Of a stretch of DNA of 64,000 nucleotides, positions 12,789 through 26,827 are shown in pieces. Position numbers and translations under genes: made by a program. Under the pieces are notes generated by a model. The model made no database searches. It was not told the origin of the DNA and saw nothing but the letters and a program-made list of their open reading frames with translations. The DNA comes from the human T2T-CHM13v2.0 reference genome, Homo sapiens: assembly GCF_009914755.1 (NCBI RefSeq), contig NC_060944.1. The stretch is one strand, 5' to 3'. How positions within the stretch are numbered: the stretch's first letter is position 1; every line of letters starts with the position of its first letter.

Positions 12789-13079
12789 CCTGGCTGCAGT
12801 GTGGGGTAGGGCAGGAGAGGGCAAACCCTCCAGTGTGGAGAGGGCAGGACATTCGATCTTAAACTGGGACTTGTCTTTAGAAGACCACGAATAAAATACA
12901 GGTGTATGACCCTGGAGGGAGAGTGTCAAGGACCTGGCTGCAGTGTGGGGTAGGGCAGGAGAGGGCAAACCCTCCAGTGTGGAGAGGGCAGGACATTCGA
13001 TCTTACACTGGGACTTGTCTTTAGAAGACCACGAATAAAATACAGGTGTATGACCCCGGAGGGAGAGTGTCAAGGACCT
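12789..13079 (+). repeat. 144-bp head-to-tail tandem duplication (2 copies)
   Basis: 12789-12932 and 12933-13076 differ at only 2 positions (CTTAAACTG/CTTACACTG; ACCCTGGAG/ACCCCGGAG); CCT microhomology at the junctions. Confidence 0.97.
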
Positions 13080-13249
13080 CCTTGGAGTCACCAGGTCAGA
13101 TTTTGTCAGCAAGTGACATCGCTGTTTGTTGTGGAACAGAGATTGAGGCCCTAAATGGACCTTACAAGTGTACAAATAGTGCCTAGAATATGTGTGTGAT
13201 ACATGCTTGCCAAATAAAAGAGAAGAAAGAAAAGAGGGTTTTACAAAGA

Positions 13250-13645
13250 CTGTGAGAATCAGGGGGGAAATGGGGGAAAGTCAGGAGGGGTCCCCTGGCC
13301 TACAAGGTCCTCATGAAGGCACCTGTGCCAAAGGGAGCCACATCACCCTGGAGATGATGCCACCCCGCCCCCCCGAACAACCTACAGCAGTGACTGGCAG
13401 TGGGGCGCTGAAGGCTGCCCCCTTGACTCACGGTGGCACAGCTCTGCTGCTGTTCTTGTTCCAGAGCTCCCTGTGGGGTCAGGCTGAGGCTACAACTGAG
13501 CCCATATCCTCATTTTTCTCCTGCCCCTGCCCTGTCTTGTGTTCCTCATCCCATTTCAGATTTCTTCTGAGAGCACTCCCTAAATAAATCACTTACACAA
13601 GAACCTCCCGTCTCAGGCTCTGCTCTAGGAAAACCGATCTCAGTC
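13250..13645 (+). mobile_element. ERVL LTR (LTR16A/B-like)
   Basis: 'GAGAGCACTCCCTAAATAAATCACTTACACAAGAACCTCCCGTCTCAGGCTCTGCTCTAGGAAAACC'. Confidence 0.65.
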
Positions 13646-14094
13646 GGCCTCCATTTCTGGTAATGTGGCTCTTGGGACAGTCTCGGCTAAGAGACAGACA
13701 GCAAGCAGAGGCTCAAACCAGTTGTCAACAAGTTCCAGGAAAACACTTAATTCCACACATGCTAAAGTGAGGGGAGAAGGTTTTATCAACAAAACTGATA
13801 TTCAAGAAGTTTCCAAAAATCAGATGGTCTGCACTAAGTAGAGTGTTTATTTCCCCAGAACTGATTTCTAATTAAAGACTATTCCTTTGGCACTTATATC
13901 ACTCTTCTTTGTACTGAAAACTTATGCTTTTGTTACACATTTTGTTTTCACTGATTAAATTCTTAAGTCTTTATGGATGAGACTCCACGTTGGGTTTCTT
14001 TATTTCCCCATAATGCTTATCCCAATAGCTGGCATTCAGTAAGGATTCAGTACAGGCTCAAAGCTCACACCCTCTTGATTTTGTAGACTTTACA

Positions 14095-14284
14095 GAGTGC
14101 TTCACATACTCAAAGCATGGACCATGGACCAGTAGCTTCAGCATCCATCAACTTGGTAGAAATGCAGAATTTCAGCCTCCACCCCAGATCTACTGAGTGA
14201 GAATCTCTGAGGTGGAGCCCAGCAGTCTGTGTTATAACAAGATCTCTGGGTAATTTTATGAGCAGTAACGTTTGAAAACCACTG
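14095..14284. mobile_element. MER5A hAT-Charlie MITE
   Basis: 'TAGAAATGCAGAATTTCAGCCTCCACCCCAGATCTACTGAGTGAGAATCTCTG...TTTGAAAACCACTG'. Confidence 0.75.
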
Positions 14285-14356
14285 ACATATATGATCCCTT
14301 TCAACTTTTGGGAGATGAATTGATTGGAGAAAGTAGAGCCAAAAAAATAGGACAGC

Positions 14357-14655
<299 letters not shown>

Positions 14656-15178
14656 GGACAGCAACAGGAATGGAATCTACCCCCAACAAACATGTCTCCT
14701 ACCATGTGCATGGCATGGGTGTGCCAGGTTAGGCTTCAGGTGCCCCACCCCATTACTAGGACTCAGACCCCAAGTTCAACATTGGTTGGCTTGGACAAAC
14801 TATCTCCTTCAGTTTCTGTTTTCTCATCACCGAATGAAAACAACCTTAGTACTTACCAATTCACAATGGCTAAATAAATTATGATATAGCCATACAAAGG
14901 AATACTATGCAACCTTAAAAATAAGTAAGCTTATATCTGCTGTTACAAAAAGATGCTCAATTTCTATTTTTATATAATGCAAGATTCTGAGGAGTAAATT
15001 GTGTATATTTATGTGTGTGTGTGTTGGGTGAAAAATAAAGGACTCCAAAAATGTTTTAAATAAAGATCTCATTACATATATACATATATTATACATTATA
15101 CACAAATACTGCAAATATATCACATATATGTGTGTTCCACATATACATTACATATGAGAGTGAAGTTAAAGGAATCAT

Positions 15179-15488
15179 GGCAGGCATGGTGGCTCATGCC
15201 TATAATCCCAGACTTTGGGAGGCTGAGGTGAGAGAAGCATTTGAGCCCAGGAGTTCAAGACCAGCCTGGGCAACATAGTGAGACCTCATCTCTACAGAAA
15301 AATCAAAAAATTAACCAGGCATGGTGGTGTGTGCCTGTAGTTCTAGCTACTCAGGAGACTGAGGTGGGAGGATCACTTGAGCCCGGGAGGTTGAGGCTGC
15401 AGTGAGCTGTGATTGCACCACCGCACTCCAGTTTAAGTGACAGGGTCAAAAAACACACACACATGCACACACACACACAGAGAAAGAA
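15179..15488 (+). mobile_element. Alu (AluJ) with a (CA)n-converted tail
   Basis: 'TTGAGCCCAGGAGTTCAAGACCAGCCTGGGCAACATAG'; TSD AAAGGAATCA at 15168-77 and 15489-98. Confidence 0.9.
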
Positions 15489-16076
15489 AAAGGAATCACT
15501 AACATTCACATGAACACATTGCATGTGTGTTATTTGTGTGAATGCATGTACAGGTATAAGGGTTCTCCACTTTTAACCTTATATATGACGCAGCCACAGA
15601 GCACTGACAATATGCTGAGCTCTGGGCAAGGTGCTGGAAATATCAGTGAAAGTAAGAAAATCACAATCTTGTCTAAGAGGAACTTACATTCTAACTAGGA
15701 AGGCAGCCAACGAAGAAGCAAATAAATAATAGGATAATTACAGATCGTGATTAATGTTATGAAAGAAATCATCTAGATGGTATGACTGCAACTTGGAGGG
15801 TTCATTAGGTAGAGGACAGAGAAGCTTTCCAGGAGGAGGTAATGTTTCAGCAAAGATTGAAGCAAGAAAATCAGCCAGTGATTGGCAGTGCTGGGGAAAG
15901 GGCATTCCAAGTGGAGGGAGCAGCACGGACAAAGGCTTGGAGATGGGAAGGAAGTTATCTTGCTAAGGGAAAAAAGCAGGTCAGTGGAACAGGAGCCTAG
16001 GAAGAGGCTGGGGCAGTGTAGTGAGTTTGGCTAAGGAAAGACACCGTGTGAGCCTTGAGAACTGCTAAGCATTGGC

Positions 16077-16380
16077 TTTTTTTTTTTTTTTTTTTTTTTT
16101 TTAACAGAATCTTGCTCTATTTCCCAGGCTGGAGTGCAGTGGCATGATCTCGGCTCACTGAAACCTCCACCTCCTGGGTTCAAGCAATTCTCCTGACTCA
16201 GCCTCCCAAGTAGCTAGCATTAGGGGCCCGCCACCATGCCCGGCTAATTTTTTCATTTTTAGTAGAGATGGGGTTTCACCATTTTGGCCAGTCTGGTCTT
16301 GAACTTTTGACCTCAAGTGATCTGCCCACCTCAGCCTCCCAAAATGCCAGGATTACAAGCGTGAGTCACTGCGCCCAGCC
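16077..16380 (-). mobile_element. Alu (AluS)
   Basis: Poly(T) head, full dimer; TSD TAAGCATTGGCTTTT/TAAGTATTGGCTTTT. Confidence 0.95.
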
Positions 16381-16583
16381 TAAGTATTGGCTTTTATTCT
16401 AAGAGGAAGGAGCACCCAGCAAAGGGTTTATCCAGCGGACTGACACCATCTGATTTATGTTTCTAAAAGATTCCCAGGTTGCTGAGTGGGCAAAGTCTTG
16501 CGGGAAAGTGTGAAGGAAAAAGGACATTGCAGAAATCCAGGTGAAATATGGTACAGCTGTCAGGGTGGCAGCCATGGAGTTAG

Positions 16584-16922
<339 letters not shown>

Positions 16923-16999
16923 TAAAACCAGAATTTGACAATGAAATGGAAGGTAAAGTATTGGTCTCGGAGTCCTTTGGCTGTGAGTTGCTCCTAGAC

Positions 17000-17300
17000 T
17001 GTTCTTACCTGGGACAAATGGAACAACTCAGCCCTGCCCCACATCCCTCTCATTCTCCAGCAGGATGGCCTGGGCACTTGCTCATGGCTGCAGCAGAGGA
17101 GCAAACCCCACTGCAAAAGAACAAGCTTTTTCTCAAGCTTCTGCTTGAGTCACAGCTGCCGACATCCCATTGGCCAAAGCAAATCACACAGATGATATCG
17201 GAACCAAAGGGCAAGGAAATAGGCTCCATCTCTTGATGAGAGGAGCTGCAGAGGCTCCTGACTAAGCGCAACGACACAGGAAAGGCTGAGGAATGAGGAG
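17000..17300 (-). mobile_element. Old MLT1 LTR fragment
   Basis: 'CATCCCATTGGCCAAAGCAAATCACA...CTCTTGATGAGAGGAGCTGCA'. Confidence 0.45.
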
Positions 17301-17466
17301 ACAGTGTTTTTCAAAGAACTCAAAGAACCAGAAGCTCTCTACCAACAGCCAGGGGCAGGAGACCACTGAGGTTAGCACAGTTGTGGAATGTTGAAAATGA
17401 TAAGTGCCTATCACTATCAGTGACATCAGTCAGTTTAGGATTTGTCAATAAAGTGGTAAGTGCTAG

Positions 17467-17875
<409 letters not shown>

Positions 17876-19707
17876 GGCAAGTGCTTTCATTTTCTCTTTA
17901 GCTGCCCTCAAATGCAATGAGAAGTGCTTCCCATTACTTAATTTCTTGGTGCCTCCCCTGATTTTTCTGGGCCCCAAGCTGGTATGCTGCCCCAGGAAGA
18001 CCATAGGAATTTCCCTAGAGAAACAAAAATCCTGCTACTGTTTCCACACAAACCATTCCTACAGTTAGATGGGGGAGGGGGGCGATGTGCTGGTGCCGGT
18101 GGTGCTGGTGATGATGTGTTTCCACTCTATTTGGTTTTATGGGTTTGTTCGTTTGCTTCTCGTAAGCTGTAGGGCCCTTGATGAAATCAGTCATCATTTT
18201 TAACTTTATTTGGGACATGAAGGGATAAGCCTCTCCCTAATTTCTAGAAACATAAATAGCAAGGAAACAGAATATTAAACAAACAAGGGCTTTAGCAGAA
18301 GGTCTGCGGATGTTGCGAGGTTCTCTCTATCACTGCGGATCTGTGGCCTGTCCCCGGGATGGGGCAAAAAGACTTGGGGCACCTTACTCAAGTGCAGCAA
18401 ACAAAAGTCAAGGTCTGGCAACCCCATCCGCTTCCCTCAAGAAGGAAATATTGTAAAATAGTAATGTCATGGCCCCTGGTAATGCAGATTCCCATGGGTC
18501 TCTGACTTAACCAACATGTCCTTTTACACATAAACTTGGAATTGTGATGGAGGCGGGGTAGACAGCTGGACACACTGTCAATGTTGGCACGTGGTACAAA
18601 TGAAAAGGTACCATCTGTGCTACTGCTGAAAGATGATGATGCATAGATGTGACTTTTTAAATGTTCCATCTGGATATAATTAAATTGCCTCCTTAAAATA
18701 AAAAATACCCATATTTGATATGTATCCTTTATTGTAATGATCTCCATATATCCTTCATTATTTTTATAGAATTCACTTCATGAGAAGTCTGACATGAAAT
18801 ATTAAAACCTAAAAGCAAAGGTCTCTGGGGAGATGACTGTGGTGTTATTGTTTCTCTGGCTGACTTGTTCTTGATTTTCTTATGATTTCAAAAACAATTA
18901 CAATATGCAGAATTCCATAATACCCTCCTGAAAAAATACCTTTACTGGAAAACTGGATAGACAGGTAGAAAGAGAAAGTCTGTTATCTACGCATGGGAGG
19001 AAGACAGGATGTGAATTTGCCAGAATATCCAGTTGCCTACATTTCTAAACCAAGAAAAGCTGCAATTAATTTTCTTCCCTAAAAACCATGTTGGTTCCAA
19101 AGAACGTTCTGAGAATAATAATAAGGGTAATTATAATCACAACTTGAATTCAGAGTGACTTGCTTCTGAAGCATTAAAAGCATAAGAGAGAACAAAATAC
19201 ATGGAGGGGACTCTAACAGGCCTCTCTCCAGTACAATTATAGATTTCAAATCTGTTGTTACCTTACCATGGCAACCTTCATACTTAATTTCACAAATGTT
19301 GAACTTTTGTCACCCTATTTCTTTGGGGGAGTCCTTCAACTACTGCGTTCACTGAATTCATGTCATGTCATTGCCTTTGATACTTAACATTCCTCCAAGT
19401 ACATGCTGTGAGCTCACATCCCCAGACCAAAAACAACAGCGAAGACTAGGAAGAATTCGGCTGTGCCCTTGGCAATAGCACTTAGTTGTGTTCTTTCTGG
19501 CTGATGAGAACCAACAACAGAACATAACTCCAAAAATTAAGTGTCAAGTTTAAAAGCAAAACTTTGGCCTTCAATATTAATAAATAATCATTAAATATCT
19601 ACTGCGTGTTGAAAGATACGGGAAATACAAAGGTTAAAATAAGCCATATTGTTCCATCTCACGACATTTACAATATAGAAGGAGAATTAGATCCAAATCA
19701 CTATAAA

Positions 19708-19893
19708 GCAGTTCCCAATGTGTGATATCCCCAAACCAGCAGCATCACCTGGGATCCTATGAGAAATGCAGATTCTCAGGCTCCACCCCGCCAGACCTTG
19801 TAAATCAGGGTCTCTGGGAGTAGGGCACAGCAATCTGTGTTTTCAGAATTCATCCAGGTGATTCTGATACTCTCCAAATTTTGAGAATCACTG
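19708..19893. mobile_element. MER5A MITE
   Basis: 'CAGCAGCATCACCTGGG...GAAATGCAGATTCTCAGGC...CCAGGTGATTCTGAT...TTTGAGAATCACTG'. Confidence 0.75.
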
Positions 19894-19899
19894 CTGTGA

Positions 19900-20660
19900 A
19901 GCAATAGAACACAAATGCCATAAGACAGACACAAAATGCTTGAAGTAAAGGGAAAATAACATCCATTTTAGAAAGAGGACTTCCTGGAATGACAATATTT
20001 CCATGCAGCTTTGTGAGTTTGCTAAGAAATTGAAATGTAGGAAGTGGATGGAGTAAGAGAACATTCTGGATGAGTGAAACATGAGCCAAGCAACAGAGTT
20101 AAGAAAGTAGAAGGCAAATTGAAGAGTCTAGACTGACTGGCATGTAAGGAGACAGAGATCAAGGTCAGAAGATAGGTTGGGGTCTCAAGAGCCAGGCTGA
20201 GGAGGGAGTTATCTAGCTCAGTGGACAATCATATGTTATTCAGGTCTTCAATTAGAGGAGTAACAAGATTAGAGCAGGGTTCTTGGAAGTTTCATCTCAA
20301 GGTTTCCATAGAGTAACCTGGAAAAGAGGAGGATACACAAGGGTTGGGGAACAACTGAGTTGACAGTTGCAATAGTTTGGGTAGGTAATAATGAAAGTCC
20401 CTACTAGGGAGTTTGCAGAGGAAATATAAAAATGAGGAAAATAATTGGAGATGTTTCAAAGGACTACATTAGTAGGGTTTAGTAACTGATTCAATATTAA
20501 AAGGGAAAGAATGGGAAAATCAACACCTTCATTAGAAACAAATTAGTCATGTCATAAACCAAAGAAGAAGGAGATTAGGAGGAATTGGTTGTGGGGAGAT
20601 TTGTTTAGGACACAGTTGATGGTCTGTGGTATGGTGTATACCACAGCTAGAATATAGGCA
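19900..20660 (+). mobile_element. L2 LINE remnant
   Basis: Degenerate purine-rich L2 3' region. Confidence 0.4.
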
Positions 20661-20787
20661 TAGAGTTTATAATAATAATAACTGTAAAATTTGGCCACAT
20701 AGGCCATGACTGGTTCTAAGCTAGATACATGACCTGTATGTATCTTGTAAACCTTATACTGACTTTACGAGCAAGGCATTATTATAC

Positions 20788-21090
20788 TCTTTTTTTTTTC
20801 CTTTAAGAGACAGGGTCTTGCTCTGTCTCCCAGGATGGAGTGCAGTGGCACAATCATAGCTTACTATAACCTCAAACTCCTGGGCTCAAGCAATCCACCC
20901 ACCTCAGCCTCCTTGAGTAGCTAGGACTACAGGCCTGTGCTACCATGCCCAGCTAATCTTTTCATTTTTTGTAGAGATGAGGTCTCGCTATGTTGCCCAC
21001 ACTGGTCTCTAATTGCTGGCCTCAAGCGATCTTTGCAACTCAGCCTCTCAAAATGCTAGGATTACAGGCATGAGCCACAATACCCAGGCT
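20788..21090 (-). mobile_element. Alu (AluJ)
   Basis: 'GAGACAGGGTCTTGCTCTGT...CTCAAACTCCTGGGCTCAAGCAATCC'. Confidence 0.9.
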
Positions 21091-22917
21091 GATACCTATT
21101 TGTATTAGTTAAATTCGATTCTGTTGCATAAAATAAGAAGTTCAAAGGAAGAATGGCTTAAACACACAGGGCTTATTCTACTACATAAAAGAAATCTGGA
21201 GGTTGGCAAGTTTCTTCTAATGCCCTGCTTCAGCATCCTCCACTGGTGAATTTCATCCTCAAGGGTACTTCATGATTCAAGATTGCTGCTAAAGTGCCAG
21301 CCATCAGGGATATGACAGCTGTGAATATGGGAACGGGGGCTTGTTGAGAGACGGAATATAAAAGAATAAGAGGTTGAAATAAAGAACCTTGGAGAATGAG
21401 CACAAGGAACGGCCTGGAAAAGGCACAGAAAAGAGGCAGAGAGGAAACTTCCGGCACTATGTCCACAAAAGGCAGGGAAACACAAAGCTTCAGAATGGAA
21501 AAAAAGGTTGGTAAGTGGTGTCTAATGGTAAAGTCCATGGCAACTGAAAAATACATATTGGATTGAAGAATGTGAGGTCCTTAGTGACCTTTAAAAGAAG
21601 AGCATCATTCACGTTTTCTATGGCAGTGGATCTCAGAGTTAAGGAAATGTTAGGTAGTGAAGTAGTGAAGCATTGATTCCTCTTCCGTGAAGTTTTGTGA
21701 TAGAAGGAAAGAAATAAATGGTGGTAAGGCTTGAGTTTAGCAGTATTGAGGTAATGTTTTCATAGATTAGAAAACCTGAATACACTTTCCCTTTATGATG
21801 TCAAGTCTCTCCTGAGACTAGATTTAAATCACTTGAGTGTGTGGGCTGGGACAGCCAAGTGCTTCTTCCATAATCAGCAGCTCCAATCCAGTATCTCCCG
21901 GGGAAAGTGAACCAAGTGTTGGCTGATATTATATCATAATAAAGGGCTGACATTACACTTTTTGAAGGCTGTCTGGTAAGCTTAATTAATTCGTTTTTGT
22001 TTTTCCCTCCCAAAGCTGGATGGAAACTCATGCAACTCTGGCTTGAGTTCTTGAAGAAAAATTATATTGCAAAAGTGAAGATGTTTCATGGCCTTCTGCA
22101 CTCCCCCAAGGGCAGCAAAGGCTCTCTGGCTGCTTTGCAAAGCTGCAGAATCTGAAATGTCAGGGCCGTGGATCCATTTCAGCAAAAATAAATATCAGAT
22201 TACAATACATTGTTTTTGCAGCTGACTGAGGCTTTGGTGTAGTGGATATTTCATTCTGCAGTTGCAAATTAAGAGAGAAGTTGCTGGCAGGGCAAAGTAT
22301 GGTGTTTGCATCATTTCTTTATGAAGCCATTTTCTCCCCTCAAGCAGTGTATTCCCAGAGGATTTTTTTTCCCACTCCACAAATGCCTGGTGCTTTTGCA
22401 GTGCTCAGCATGCATGACTTGCTTTGAAAGCTGTTAAAAATAAAGACAGATAGTTGGACCAGTTCTCTTGGTACCTTTCATTCTTTTCTCCATAAATTTT
22501 TGCCCCCTCCCTCCCACCCTCTACCTTAGGTCCCTCCCTGGAAACCCTTGTACTACAAAATTATGATAGAATAGCAGATACTGAAACCATAGCATGCCTT
22601 GCATTTCTAATTTTCTAACCTGAAACTAGTGAGCCATAACACCCTGGAAGCTTAAAGCTGCCGGAGGCAAATCCAACTCTTCTGACTTTAGAATAGCAAC
22701 ACATCTTTTACCATTTTAGCTATTTTGAGGTAGATTTTCATACACACGCATGCTTATTGAAATTAAATGCATTTTATTTTTATCCTTTCTTTTTCCTTCT
22801 GGAGAGATAGCAGACGTGGGGGCACTTGTTTTCTACCTCTTAGAGAATAAATTTGAATACCTAACGTAGGTATTAAGCTACCTAACAGTAAGTTTTCTAC
22901 GTATATTGATTAAAACC

Positions 22918-23350
22918 AGTCCAGAAATAGACCCACACAAATATAGTCAACTTATCTTTGACAAAGATTCAAAGACAATTCAGCAGAGAAAGGATCTTCA
23001 ACAAATGGTCCTGGGACCTAGATAAGGACATTACACCTTTCACAAAAATTAACTCAAAATGGATCATAGACCTAAATGTAAAGTGTAAAACTATAAAAAT
23101 TCTACAAGAAAACCTAGGAGAAAATCTATATGATGTGGATTAGAAGATGAGTTTTTAGATATAATGCCAAAAGCACATCTATGAGAGAAAAAAAAAGTTA
23201 TGTCAGATTTTGTTAAAATTAAAAACTTATCTGCAAAAGACACTGTTAAAAAAATGAAAGAATGGAAGAAAAGAATTGCAAACACTTATCTGACAAAGGA
23301 TTTATATCCAAAATATAACAAAGAATTCCTAAAACTCAATAATAAGAAAA
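22918..23350 (+). mobile_element. Old L1 ORF2 fragment (L1M)
   Basis: Encodes 'IFNKW...[29 protein letters not shown]' and 'DFVKIKNLSAKDTVKK', matching the ORF2p C-terminal region with frameshifts. Confidence 0.85.
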
Positions 23351-23520
23351 AATTGGAAACTATAAAGATTGGAGGAGCCATTTGGATTGTAAGAGTTTTT
23401 CTCGCTGTCAGAAGATTCTTCAAGCAATCACTGTGTCAACCAACACAGATGTTTTTCTTTCTTCATATAATGAAGATCAGGAATCCAAACTTATTTGAAA
23501 AGCTGAAAAGACACCATTAA

Positions 23521-23709
<189 letters not shown>

Positions 23710-24231
23710 TAGAAGAAGAGATGCTGTCTTGGTCTTGTTGGAGGAGCTTGCATTAGTTACACATTTCACTATTGAGGTTACATGTTTATGTTGAAAATAA
23801 ATTGAATATATTCAGACAATAACGTGGTATTTTGAATACTGGCTGCCTTTCTTGCAGGCTTGATTTGCTTGGTGACCAAATTACCCATGACTGGTTCACT
23901 AACTAGGTCACTCAGGCGAGTCAAGTTAACACAAAAGAAACATGTCACCCAAATGGACTTGATGATGTTAAAATGTCCACCTTTTAAAAATGTTAAGATG
24001 AAATCAGTTCTAAAGAAGACAGTAGGCCAACCTTGAAGTGCTCCCTGTTTGCTGCAGATTATTGCATGCTTTAATGCTATGTAGGAGTCCTATTTATCCT
24101 ACTTAACTCTTTTTTGCCTGTCTTGTGGACTGGTTGGCTCTTTTGGAACTCTTTCAAAAAAGTGCATGGAGTATAACTTGTAAAGCCTCCCACAACTGAA
24201 ATTGTGTATGTGTGTGTTTAAACCAAACCTA

Positions 24232-24581
<350 letters not shown>

Positions 24582-24602
24582 TTATTTCAGATTCGCAATT
24601 AT

Positions 24603-24900
24603 TTCTTTTTTTTTTTTTTTTGAGATGGAGTTTTGCTCATTGCTTAGGTTGGAGTGCAATGGCATGATCTGGGATCACTCTACTTCCACCTCTCGGGTTC
24701 AAGTGATTCTCCTGTCTCAGCTTCCCAAGTAGCTAGGATTATAGGCATGTGCCACCATGCCCAGCTAATTTTGTATTTTTAGTAGAGGCAGGGTTTCACC
24801 ATGTTGGTCAGGCTGGTCTTGAACTCCTGAACTCAAGTGATCCATCTGGCTCAGCCTCCCAAAGTGCTGGGATTACAGGCATGAGCCACCACGCCTGGCC
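24603..24900 (-). mobile_element. Alu (AluS) in the HIGD1A pseudogene 3'UTR
   Basis: Full antisense dimer; TSD TCAGATTCGCAATT/TCAGAATCACAATT. Confidence 0.95.
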
Positions 24901-25145
24901 TCAGAATCACAATTCTAAACATAAGAATAGCTTAATTATGGATTCCAGTTGAGCTCTTTTATAATTGCAGAATTGTATTTTTGCTGCTACTGTATTAGAA
25001 TAATTTTTAAATGCCATCTTGAAAGAGAAATATGTATTTTAGGCACTAATGCAAAGATAAATGAAGAACACTTTAAATGTGTGCATTATGTTTATTTTCT
25101 CCATAAGAATCATAAACATTAAACTAACAAATTACCTATAATGGT

Positions 25146-25330
25146 AATTTAGACATACACAGGGAGGAGATGGCCATCCCCAAGCCAAAGAGAGAGGCCT
25201 CAGAAGAAACCAACCTGCCAACACCTTGATCTTATGCTTCCAAGCTTCCAAAATTGTGAGAAAATTTATTTCTGTTGTAAGCCACAGAGTCAATGGTACT
25301 CTGCTATGGCAGCCTCAGCAAACTAATACA
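25146..25330 (+). mobile_element. MLT1A-like LTR, 3' half only
   Basis: 'GAGAGAGGCCTCAGAAGAAACCAACCTGCCAACACCTTGATCTT...CAAACTAATACA'. Confidence 0.8.
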
Positions 25331-26431
25331 GCCCTTTGCCTACCTGAATTTTGGAAGTATTGGGAGGAACCCAGTTGACATTTAGATGAAGTATAGAAAT
25401 ACTTTTTTACACAAGTTTAATAAAATTGCTATCATTTATGGTGTACTTATTCAAAATTACAGTGTGGTAGCTATTTATATTCCAAGGTATATAGCAAACA
25501 TATTTAATCTTTAGGTTAAAAATAAAGTGTGGTGTGGAGGAAAATACCAAATTACAAGTTTTTGTGATCACCCTCTCCATTTCTTCCTAAGGGTAAAAGA
25601 AATAGTATTTGTTTGGTTTGTTTATCAGGGTATCGTTGTGGAAGGAGAGAAGACTTGAAGAATTGAGAAGGTGCAATTAATCTTCATGAGAACAAAAAGA
25701 GAAAAGACAGGAGAAACAGAAGAGCTAGCACAACTGGAAACTTTGGAGAGTACGTGAGAGAGAAAAGATTCAGGAAGAGCTATTAGGAGTGGAATATTTC
25801 GGGGGGATGGTATATAAGAAGGGTTATTAGAAAGGTATGCCATGTAGAATCCATTGTGCTGTTGCCTCTTCCTTCCATGAAAAATTGTCACAAGATTTCC
25901 ACGTTATTCTCTAAGGCTTTAGATTTATATTGCTTTTTCTGACATTACAAAATGTTGAAAAGTTGTAAAATGAAAACAGGGAGCTTAAGACAGCTCAGTC
26001 CATTTAGTATTTTTCTCTTAAAATTTTCCACAATGTGAAACACAAAGTAAAATGCTGTAAGGGCAATGATTAAGCAAAGAATAAAGTTTACTTTTTCTTC
26101 CATTTGATTTCTCTAGCTTTCAAGTGTCTGCTACTTAGTCCATCTGTTGTTCTATTATGTTGTGTTTGGCAAACAGATGCAGGAGAAGAACACTATTGCC
26201 TTTTCTGTTTTATATAACCCTAGAGATACAAACATAATTTTAGTTGAGTTTTCTTTTGTAGAGAAAAATTGCAAAGGACTAAAATACACCCAAAAAAATT
26301 ACTGTATGTTTTAAATGAAAATATAGGCATTGTCTAATATACCCTTCCAGGTTACCTGATTCTTTGGAGTCTCTATACCTTTTATTTTATTTGAGTTCTT
26401 TACAATTCTGCAACTGAAAAATGCAAATGAT

Positions 26432-26827
26432 TCAGAATTACGCAATCAACACTAATTTCAGAACATTTTCATCACTCCAAAAGAAACCTCATCTCCATTA
26501 ACAGTCACCCTCCTTTCCACCTTCCTCTCAGCCTTTCTCAACCACTGATCTACTTTCTGCCTCTGTGGATTTGCCTATTCTGGACACAACTCATATAAAT
26601 GGAATTATGCAACATATGGCCTTTTGTGTCTGGCTCTTCTGAGGCAGCATAATGTTTTCCAGGCTCATCCATACTATAGCATGAATGAACACTCATCCAT
26701 TTTTATGGCTTAGGGCTGCGTGGTGTTCCATTGTGTGGACATACCACCTTTTGTTTGTTCATTTATCAGTTGATGAACATTTGTGTTTCTTCCACATTTC
26801 AGCTATTACAAATAATGCTGCTATGAA
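26432..26827 (-). mobile_element. L1MB-like 3' fragment in antisense, flanked by a 13-bp direct repeat
   Basis: 'CAGAACATTTTCATCACTCCAAAAGAAAC...GATTTGCCTATTCTGGAC...AATAATGCTGCTATGAA'; AAATGCAAATGAT at 26419-31 and 26836-48. Confidence 0.85.

Noticed and set aside
12711-13175. 154-aa minus-strand ORF with an internal 48-aa repeat as a novel repeat protein
   Set aside because: Its length is explained by the in-frame 144-bp duplication; it starts at TTG rather than ATG, has no recognisable domain and lies in L2-like sequence.
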